A DNA stretch of 64,000 bases, taken from the NCBI GenBank assembly GCA_025558095.1, contig JAIVFI010000010.1, positions 62,001 to 126,000 on the forward strand. The letters are read 5' to 3'. Shown here one piece after another: positions 55,313-64,000 of this stretch (position 1 is the first letter of the stretch; each line of letters begins with the position of its first letter). Below the pieces are notes generated by a model. That model was not told where the DNA came from and made no database searches. It saw only the letters and a list, made by a program, of their open reading frames with translations. This stretch comes from Hyaloraphidium curvatum SAG 235-1. Its lineage: Eukaryota > Fungi > Monoblepharomycota. The position numbers and the translations under genes were made by a program.

Positions 55313-57707
55313 CTAGAGCTTCGCCTTGGGAATCACTTTCCTGGCCTCGGCCGCGACAACGTCCCTCAGCTCCCGTTTCAGAATCCTGGGGAACGGCATC
55401 AGGCGAGGGCGATGTACTGAAGCGGGCAGCCTCACTTTTGGTTTGCGTTCCGTGGCAGAGGTTCGTCGACGAACTTGATGAATATCGGGATCTGCGGCGT
55501 GCAATCTGGTTGGCGCAATTACGAAGATCGCGCAGCCGGCGAGGCCCACCTTGAACGCCGCCAGCTTTGGCTTGAGGTGCTCCTGCACGTTCGCCAGAGT
55601 CACCTTTCCTTTGTACTCCGGTTTCACTTGACAAACGGCACCGACGAGCTCGCCGCTGAATGAGGTTGCCACTGGTGAGCTGTGGTGCGGCCCGTGACCG
55701 CATTTACGCACAGGAGGTCGTCGGGAATGCCGACGACGGCCACGTCCATCAAGGCGGGGTGCGTGTACATCGCGTCCTCGACCTCTGCGGGAAGGTTAGG
55801 GGCACGGAGCGAGCGTGCGAGGATCGAACTTGCCCGTGCAGTCTGCACGGGCGGAAAGTCAGCCGCTGACGAGCCAAGGGCCGCGTCGACCGACAGATGT
55901 TCTCTCCTCCTGCACGGACGAGGTCAGAAACGAATCCGAAACGACACAACGAAGGAACTTGCCGCGGATCAACATGTCCTTGGCGCGGTCCTGCGGGCAC
56001 GGGTGAGCTGGGTCGGCGGCCCGAAGGCGGGCGGAGGCCTTACCAAGATGTACACGAATCCTTCGGCGTCGATCTTGCCCACGTCGCCGCTCTTGAGCCA
56101 CCCGTCCTTCGTGATCGCCTTGTCCGTAGCCTCCTGGTTCCGGTAGTATCCTTTGATGATGTTTGGCCCCTGTCAAAATGGTCTTAATCGAGCTTCACCA
56201 GGTCCGCGCGACAGAAGGCACCTTGATCCACAGCTCGCCGATCTTGTTGATCCCCAGGTCGTTCCCATCGTCGTCCACGACCTTGACGTCCACCGTCGGG
56301 CACGGGGGGCCCACAGAGTCGGGCTTGGCGGCGTAGTCCTCGCCGCCGTTGGCCGTGGAAGCCGAGCTCGTTTCGGTGAGCCCGTATCCTTGGGAGGCGG
56401 TCGGTGTGGCCCGAGCAAACACGCGGTTGATGGCTTCCACGGCAGCGGGGGGGCACGGGGCGCCGCCGTAGCCCATGGACTCGAGGGAGCTCAGGTCGCG
56501 CTTCATGGCGTCCGGGTGCAGCGCCATCTGGTAAGCCTGTCATCGAGACGCGCGTTAGCACCGACTAATGGGCCTGTCAGATGGCGATTACCATCATGGG
56601 GACCCCTCCTGCGGACGTGATCCGTTCCTGCTCGATCAGCCGCAGCGCCTCCCCCGCATCCCACTTGTGCATGATCACGAGCTTGTTCCCCGCGGCCACG
56701 GCGCCCTGGAGCACCGAGTGGCAGCCCGTGGCGTGGAACAGGGGCACCGAGAGGAGCTGGGCCTTGCGGGGGAGCGCGGGGTCCGGGGCGGGGGGCGCCT
56801 CGCCACGGCGGAGGAAGGCGCGGGCGCCGGCGGCTCCGAGGTTGAGGATGTTGGTTATGAAGTTGCGGTGCGTGCCGAGCGCCCCTTTAGGTTTGCCCGT
56901 GGTGCCCTGTAGAGCCACGTCAGGTGTGCTTTGTGCGAAGAGAAGCCGAGCCCGGTACTTGCCGACGTGAAAAAGATGGTCGCATCCTCGTCCGGACCGA
57001 CTTCCCAGGCCAGAGTGGGCAGGCCGGGGTCGCGGCCGTGCTTCTGCTCGGCGGCCTTGACGTAGTCATCGAAGAGGATGGTGCCCGGGATGTCGCGCCG
57101 CGAGGAGTGGCAGAGGACAAAGTGCTCCATGCCGGCCGCCCGCAGGGCTTCAAGATGAGGCTGGAGGCGGACCGCGCGTTCCTCGTCGACAAAAACGATC
57201 TGGCGGGCAGTTCCGCGTCGTTGGAAAGGCACGGTAGTCAGTGAACGGAATCACCTTGCACTCCGCAAGTTCGATGCAGTAGGTCATCTCCGGTCCCGTG
57301 AGCCAGGCGTTGATACATGCGGCGATCGCGCCGACAGAGACCGTCGCCCAGAAGACGTGAGCCCACTCGGGCAGGTTCCTCATGCAGATTGCCACGCGGT
57401 CGCCCTTCGCGACCTTGGCCTTCCCCTGGAAGCCGTCGAGAAGGGCATGACCCACGAGGCCCGTGATCCGGTGGCCCTCATTGTAGGTGATCCGCTGGTC
57501 CGGCTTCCCCATCTCGGCGTAGACGATGTAATCCTTGTCGCCCCACTGCTTGGACGACTCCCACAGGGCGCGGATGTTGGGCGGCGCGTTCTTGAAGACG
57601 CGCACGTTGGGACGGCCGAGGACGGTCGTCGTCTCCATCTCCAGCGGGCCGCCGGGCGCGCAGATGAGCGCGTGTGCCGCGGCCACGGACATGGCCGGAT
57701 AGGGCAT
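55313..57707 (-). CDS. AMP-dependent acyl-CoA ligase, multi-exon, PTS1 (AKL)
   Basis: FTS|GTTGKPKG, VPLFHATG, QGYGLTET, GWLKSGD, DRAKDMLIRG; ends KAKL*. Confidence 0.9.
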
Positions 57708-58082
57708 CGTGAGCGGCGGCGCCCGAGCGAGGAAAATGACGGCGCGGGTATGCGGTTCCGCCGACGCGGGTGGGCGGAAGACCGGCGGTTTCAAGGGGAA
57801 AGAAGGGGCGGGGCGCGTGTTTGCCGTTTGCCCGACGCCCGATGCGGGCGGGCGGGGGTCGTGGGAGACGCTTGGAAGGCTCACTCCGAACACCGTCCAA
57901 GCGCCTCCCTGCTAGGCACTGCTTCGCACATGATGCTTTTCAAACGAAATTCGATCGCGGCTGGAGCGATCCGCTCCTCTCAGCCCCCAGACCCGCCGCG
58001 TCAACCTGGAGGCCTCGAAGACCTTTTGGCCAACTGACGTCAGCTTCGGTGTCTCGATTTGCTCGAAATGTATTGACCGTCA

Positions 58083-59678
58083 TCACCAGAGGATCGCGCC
58101 TGCGAATGCCGACAGTGCCGCCGCCGCAAACCCCCATCCCGATCGCACGCGCCCCGCCGCCGACGGCCTCCCCGGTTGCGACGTCCACGCCGTCCCCGTG
58201 CTCCAAGCCGTCCCCGTGCTCCATACCGTCGGCGTCGGCGGCGGCGGCCGCACCGAGCACGTCACCTGCGGTATCGCCGTCCCCGTCGGCATCACAGGAC
58301 CGCCCTGCACCCCACCTTCCACGTGCTCCGCGACGAGCTTGGCGAGGGAGGGGAACACGGTGCTCTGGTACCGCGAGAAAGGGCCCTCGGAGCCGCTGCC
58401 GCGGAGGTACACGACGTGCGAGCCGTTGTCGGTGCCGGCGTAGGTCAGGCTGCCGGGGGCGAAGCCAATGCCGTCGATCTTGGAGGCGGACAGGATGCGG
58501 CCGAACGCGGAGGGGCGGGTGGAGACCTTCAGGACGTTGCCCGAGGTCGCGAGGATGAAGTAAGGCTCGCGGAGAGGGGAGAGGCAGGCGCCCGGAGCCA
58601 GGGGGTAGGCGCCGTATTGGGCCAGGGGCAGGTTGGTGCCTGCGACCACAGTGAGGTTCAGCGCATCCACGGCCGTCAGCCGGAACGAGGCCGAGTTCGA
58701 GCTGGAGGGGTCGTCCTCAGTGGTGACGACTCCTAGGCGCGGAGCACCCGTAGGCGGGTCCGAGAAAAGGAAGGCGTCCACGATAAAGTCCGCTTTGCCG
58801 GGGAGGCCCGTGTCGAACTGCACGTGCGCGAGAAGGGCGCCGGTGGCGGCGTCGAAGCGCAGGGCAAAGACGTCGGTGAAGCCCACGGCATCGCCGAGGT
58901 CCGAGGTTGGGAGGGTGGGGGGAAACGGCGGCGGGTCGCCGTTGGACACGATCCCGACGACGAGGGGACCCGTCTCGTCCGAGTACAGGAGCTTCCGGGC
59001 ATACATCATCCGGGTCGTGCCATTATTGGGGGAAAGGAGGGGGATCTGGTACGGGGCTTTCCACGTCTCGGAGGCGCGGTCTCCGGGGCCGTCGTAGCGC
59101 ACGAGCCAGGACCGGCGGAGACCTGTGTCGGAGGTGCTGCCCATGTCCCCGCCGCCGCGCCACTCATCATAAATGACAAAGCGCGACGTACCGGCGCCGC
59201 CGACGACACCGGAGAACGCTCCGTTTGCCGTCGCCCCGGAGAACCCCGTCGTGCCCGCGGTCGCCAGTCCGCGGTAGGCGGGCCCGACGCGCAGCACGGC
59301 CGCCTCGCCGACGAACCACAGTGGCGAGTCATCGTCGTAAATGCAGCACGCCGCGACGTCCGGCAACGTCCACATCTGCCCGCCGCGCAGCGCAAAGTCG
59401 GCGACCGTCGCCTGCGGCACCGACCCCTCGGCCGCCGCCACCTCCCGCAGCACGGTGCCGGCCGAGGAGGTGAAGGTGCCGTCCAGCCGCACCTCGCCCG
59501 CCGCGGTGAGCCACGCAAGCCCGAGCGGGGGGACGCAGGCCGCGAGGGCGTCAAACGCCCGCGACGGCGGCGCCGAGTAGTTCCGGACAAAGGCCACCGA
59601 GAGCGCCGCGCCCGGCGTGGCGGCGAGGCCGGCCAGGAGAAGAGAAAGCTCAAGGCTGAGTGTACTGAAGTGCCTCAT
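58083..59678 (-). CDS. Secreted, probably GPI-anchored protein, intronless
   Basis: Signal peptide; Pro/Thr stalk with WSTGTA repeats; hydrophobic C-terminus. Confidence 0.7.
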   Translation of the reverse strand: MRHFSTLSLELSLLLAGLAATPGAALSVAFVRNYSAPPSRAFDALAACVPPLGLAWLTAAGEVRLDGTFTSSAGTVLREVAAAEGSVPQATVADFALRGGQMWTLPDVAACCIYDDDSPLWFVGEAAVLRVGPAYRGLATAGTTGFSGATANGAFSGVVGGAGTSRFVIYDEWRGGGDMGSTSDTGLRRSWLVRYDGPGDRASETWKAPYQIPLLSPNNGTTRMMYARKLLYSDETGPLVVGIVSNGDPPPFPPTLPTSDLGDAVGFTDVFALRFDAATGALLAHVQFDTGLPGKADFIVDAFLFSDPPTGAPRLGVVTTEDDPSSSNSASFRLTAVDALNLTVVAGTNLPLAQYGAYPLAPGACLSPLREPYFILATSGNVLKVSTRPSAFGRILSASKIDGIGFAPGSLTYAGTDNGSHVVYLRGSGSEGPFSRYQSTVFPSLAKLVAEHVEGGVQGGPVMPTGTAIPQVTCSVRPPPPTPTVWSTGTAWSTGTAWTSQPGRPSAAGRVRSGWGFAAAALSAFAGAILW

Positions 59679-59916
59679 GTCGTGTTCTATTGCTGCAGAA
59701 TTGGAATGTGACTCGTCGGCCGGGGGAGCTCAGCCACATCCGAAGAGAGGCAAGAGGTGGCCCACAATCAAGCAAGCAGTGCTCGGGAGCTACAAAGGTA
59801 ATGAGCTACAGATGTTTCTGCTCGGATTCCTAGTCGTCGAGGCACTTGCGGCCCCATCGGTCCAATCCATTTCGTGCGTTCTCTTCTCCCTCTCAGCGTC
59901 CGGGTGCCACGTCAAC

Positions 59917-61188
59917 ATGGACGCCCCGAAGCAGACCTTTGGCTCGGCCTTTTCGGCCCTCCATGCCGCCGTTCTCGACGTCATTGCTCCCGTCGTCCTC
60001 CTCTGGAACGATGCGCTCTACTCCCTGCTCCACCTCTTCCGCATCGTCCCCGCCTTCCACGTCACCGTTCCCTCGCGCTCCAGCAGGCCCGCCGTGTTCG
60101 CGACGGGGGCCAGCTCCGGCATCGGCAAGGCGTTCGTGATCTCACTGCTGGCGGACGGGTACACGGTGCTCGCCGGCGTGAGGCACATCGCGGAAGGGGA
60201 CGACTTGAAGGGCGAGGTGGCCAAGGCGGGCATGGACAGCTCCCGGTGGGGGCAATGAGACGGTCGCACAGCGCAACTGGAGACTTACGCACCTTTCCTC
60301 TATGGCCCCACAGCCTGGTGCCGATCGAAATCGACGTCGCCGTCCCCGAACACATCGAGCGCGCCGCCGTGGCCGCCACCTCGTTCCTCTCCGCTTCCGA
60401 CACCCCGCTCATTGCCGTCATCAACGTCGCGTGCGTACCACACTCGCTGCTCCAGTCGGCCGCTGATCTGCCTCCCGTCCAGCGGAGGCGCCCTCTGCGC
60501 GCCCCTCGAGATCGTCCCCATCGAAGCCTACCGCCGCCAGCTCGAGATCGAGGTGGTCGGCCGGCACCTCGTCGCGCAGGCCTTCATGCCGATGCTGCGG
60601 CAGAGCAAGGGAAGGCTGATCAACGTCGGCTCGGCCGGGGGATGGAACTTTGCCCCGGGGTTCGGAGCGTACCACATCGCCAAGGCGGCGATCGCGGCGG
60701 AGAGCATGGTGCTGAGGAAGGAGATGGCCAAGTTCGAGGTTGCTGTGTCGCTGGTAGAGCCCGGTGAGCTGCTCTGGTTTCTGCGGCCATCGGCTTGCTG
60801 ATCGGATCGGCAACTCCTTCTCCGCCTCGTACCTCCCCTTCGCATGCATCCTTCAGGCGGCATCGGCACCCCCGCTTTCGCCAAGGCCCTCGCCGGCTTC
60901 GACCCCAAGAACCCCCAAGGCTTCTCCAACTACGACGGCGCCATTCCCCTCGACCACCAGCGCGCCTCCGAGTACGCCCCCCTCCTCAAGCAGTGCGCCG
61001 CGACAGCCGCGGGCATGGACCGCGTCGGCCTGCCACCGCGCGAGGTGGTCCGCGTTCTCAGGCACGCACTGCGCTCGCCGTGGCCGCAGGATCGGTACAG
61101 GGTCGGGCTGGACGCGTGGGGGCTGCACTGGGTCAAGGCGGTGATGCCGAGCTGGGTGGGGGACGTGGTCGGGCTGAGGAGCTGGTAG
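59917..61188 (+). CDS. Membrane-anchored SDR (retinol dehydrogenase/17beta-HSD6-like), multi-exon
   Basis: TGASSGIG, GRLINVGS, YHIAK, VSLVEPG, PQDRYRVG. Confidence 0.85.
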
Positions 61189-61321
61189 ATGCCAATGCTG
61201 GACGCGACGTCGGACGACTTTTTCACTTGATGATAGATCTTGAGATTGCTGAAGCTAACCCGAAACCGAAGCGCTACAGTCGGTCCCTGCCCATGCTTGA
61301 GATGGCCACGACCCGAATCCA

Positions 61322-61664
61322 CTAGAGCTTGCTCCCTTTCCCCTGGTCCTTCTTTCTTTCCTTGTCGTCCTCCTCCTCCGCCTCGTCCACCTCCTTCTGC
61401 ACGTTGTCGACGGCGTGCTCCATCTCCTCCTCGACCTTCCGCGGCCAGTACTCCTCCCCGGCTTTCGACCTGCCGAAGCTCGGATCGTTCTCTACGGATT
61501 CCGTGACCTTGTGGCTCGATGACGGTTTCTTGTCGCCGGGAGAGGGCTCCTTCGGGGGGGCTGGGACGCAATCGGTGACGTGTCAAGCTTTGGGACCAGA
61601 TGGCCCTGAAGAAGCACGGACCTCCCCCCGCAGCGCTGTTGATGGCATCCTCGTTGTGGCTCAT
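61322..61664 (-). CDS. Small hydrophilic acidic protein ending in SKL (1 intron); not in the ORF track
   Basis: MSHNEDAINSAAGG|APPKEPS..EEEMEHAVDNVQKEVDEAEEEDDKERKKDQGKGSKL* using intron ~61561-61621. Confidence 0.6.
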
Positions 61665-61797
61665 CGTGTTCCAGGCTCTTCTTGGCACGCAAACGCGGGG
61701 TTCGGACACACGGAGTTTGGCCTGTGATTGCGCCCCTTTGGCACCGACCTCAGCCACGCCGCTCACTCTCTCCACTTTCTGCCTCCGCTTCTACCGA

Positions 61798-63628
61798 ATG
61801 GCGCCTCGCGCGAAGGCCGTCTCGCCGTTCCTCGAGGGCAACTACGGCCCCGTGGCGGCGGAGCACGATGCGGCGCCGGCCGCCGTCTCGTTCGGCGCAA
61901 TCCCCGACGCGCTCGTCGGCGGGCAGTTCGTGCGCAATGGCCCCAACGCCGCCGCCCCGCCGCGGTCGTCGCTGCACTGGTTCGACTCGGACGGCATGGT
62001 CCACGGCGTGCACTTTGTCCGGGACGGGGACGGCACGCCTAAAGCCGAGTACACCAACCGCTTCGTGCGCACCAAGGTGCTCAAGGCGTCGTTGGAGCTC
62101 GGGTTCCCCGTGCCGCCGTCGATTGCGCTCTTCTTGAACCCGATGAGCCCGTGGCAAATGGTCGAGGCCGGCGTCAAGGCGCTGCTCTCGTACCTCTACA
62201 CGTACCCGGATCCGCCGGAGAAGGGCATGAACACCGCCAACACGAGCCTCGTCTTCCACGGCGGCAAGCTGCTCGCGCTCATGGAGACGGCCGTTCCTAT
62301 GGAGATTTCGACGCCGGCCCTGGTCACCATCGGGGCACACGACTACGGCGGCAAGGTCGCCGGCTTCACGGCGCACCCCAAGGTGGACCCCGAGTCGGGC
62401 GACATGTTCTTTTTCGGCTACGATATCAACAAGCCCCGGATCCTATACTACCACGCCGACGCCAAGGGGGATTTGCTTGTCTTCAAGAAGGAGATTCCGC
62501 TTCGGAGGCCCGCCATGATGCACGACTGTGGGTTCCGTGCCGGCCGTGCAAGCTCACGACTCAAACTCCGTTCTTTCGCAGGGGCGGTAACCAAGTCGTC
62601 CTGCGTGCTCGTCGACCACCCGCTCTTCTTCCAGATCCCCGGCACGTTCAAGGACCTCGACCCCGCGTACAAGCCCGCCGTCGAGCCCAACCCGCTCAGC
62701 TCCCCCATCCTCTTCTTCGACGCCGACGCCCCCACCCGCCTCGGCATCTTCCCCAAGTCCGACCCCGACGCCGTCTCGTGGTACCCCATCGAATCCTGCG
62801 CCGTGATCCACACCGGCAACGCGTGGGACGAGGTCCGCACCCTCCCCGACGGCACCACGCACGAGCTCGCGGTCCTGGTGGCCCCGCGGATGGCCGGCGG
62901 CCTGGACCTCCGCGGCCTGTCGGCCCCCGAGGGTGCCAAGCGCACGCGGGCGCTGATGCACGTCTGGGTGGTGGACCGGACCGACGGCACCGTCAAGGAG
63001 CAGAGCATCATGCCGGACGACATCGCCGAGTGCGAGTTTCCCACGTGCAGCCCGCGCGTGGCGGGGAGGCGGTCGCGGTACGTCTACGCCGCGACGTCGG
63101 CGGGAGCGGACGGGCCGGACGGGTTCGACGGGTGCGCCAAGTTCGACCTCGGCGAGGGGTCGGCGTGGGACTTCGCTTGCGGGACGCAGATGCCGGAGGT
63201 CAGGAGGATCAAGTACGGCGGGTCGAGGCGCGGTGGGGAGCCCGTTTTCGTGCCGCGCAACGCCGAGGGCGGCGACGAGGACGACGGGTACCTCGTGACG
63301 TTCGTGCACGAGGGCAAGCTGGACGCCGGGGGCAACGAGATCGGCGAGACGGAGCTGTGGGTGATGGACGCCAAGGTCATGGAGGTGGTCTGCAAGGTCA
63401 AGATGCCGACGCGGGTGCCATTCGGTGAGACAAGCTCTCGCAAATGCAGCTGGATTCCGACTGACCTACTCGCGAATAGGCTTCCACGGGGTCTTCGTCG
63501 ACTCGGCGCAGATGGAGATGCAGCGGATCCTCAACGCGGCCCGCGGCATCACCGGGGCGTCGCAGCCGCTCCTCGACGCGGACAAGGAGCGCAAGCACAG
63601 CTGGATCAGGTGGTTCTTCGGGTTCTGA
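61798..63628 (+). CDS. Carotenoid oxygenase / lignostilbene dioxygenase family (RPE65 fold)
   Basis: FLEGNYGPV, VRNGPN, HWFDSDGMVH, FTAHPKVDP, MMHD, IHTGNAWD, EFP, GEPVFVP, EDDGYL, VPFG|FHG (four Fe-His). Confidence 0.92.
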
Positions 63629-63843
63629 GGCCGTCAACCTCGCGTGTGTAGCTGCTTGTAGTTGTTGTAGGTCTTCGTGAGTGTATGTAACGGCGTCTTG
63701 ATTATCCAATGCGCTATGCCATAAAGTCGCCTAGTCATGATCCCTGTGCCTGCTAAGCTTTTCATCCTCCACCATACAGTAGCTTCCTTGTTGCGCCGCC
63801 TCCTTTATTACCGACGGCGCTTGGCGATGTTGCGCCTCCTTCT

Positions 63844-64000
63844 TTACCGGCGGCGCTTGACGAGCGTGACCGTCTTGGTCACCTTGACGACCTTGAGAGT
63901 CTTGGTCGATGTCACTTTGACGGTCTTGAAGACCGTGACCTTGGTGGTGGCGGTGCGGAAGATGGTCTTCTTGAAGAACGATTTCGTGACGGTCGCGAAC
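63844..64000 (-). CDS. 3' end of a gene with a Thr/Val/Lys-rich tail (partial)
   Basis: ..FATVTKSFFKKTIFRTATTKVTVFKTVKVTSTKTLKVVKVTKTVTLVKRRR*. Confidence 0.55.
   Translation of the reverse strand, partial: FATVTKSFFKKTIFRTATTKVTVFKTVKVTSTKTLKVVKVTKTVTLVKRRR

Noticed and set aside
1-64000. Hundreds of long overlapping Arg/Pro/Ala/Gly-rich ORFs
   Set aside because: Antisense or off-frame shadows of real genes in high-GC DNA; they carry no motifs
1-64000. CRISPR arrays, tRNA and rRNA genes, prokaryotic operons
   Set aside because: None seen; the sequence is intron-rich eukaryotic DNA

Overview
GC-rich, gene-dense eukaryotic DNA with many short (about 50-80 nt) GT-AG introns, a Zn2Cys6 transcription factor and hevein/CBM18 proteins. 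This points to a fungus, most likely an early-diverging zoosporic (chytrid/monoblepharid-like) lineage; the taxon is inferred, not verified. About 40 genes can be reconstructed. They include catabolic enzymes (BVMO, TPP lyase, cytochrome-b5-fused acyl-CoA dehydrogenase, enoyl-CoA hydratase, acyl-CoA ligase, SDRs, carotenoid oxygenase; several end in PTS1-like tripeptides), transporters, and secreted Cys/Thr-rich proteins. Structural highlights: (1) a >=2.3 kb near-identical inverted duplication of a SdrD-B/CBM18 secreted-protein gene brackets a ~28 kb block; (2) a 5'-truncated, frameshifted Naiad/Chlamys-type Penelope-like retroelement with an LMDN active site abuts the right-hand copy; (3) a candidate gustatory-receptor-like (7TMIC) membrane protein; (4) a pseudogenised ankyrin plus C-terminal F-box-like gene; (5) an intronless, bacterial-looking 7-blade FG-GAP protein; (6) a second small inverted duplication of a gene 3' end. 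Most long ORFs in the supplied track are antisense or off-frame shadows caused by high GC. Exon boundaries were read by eye and are approximate.
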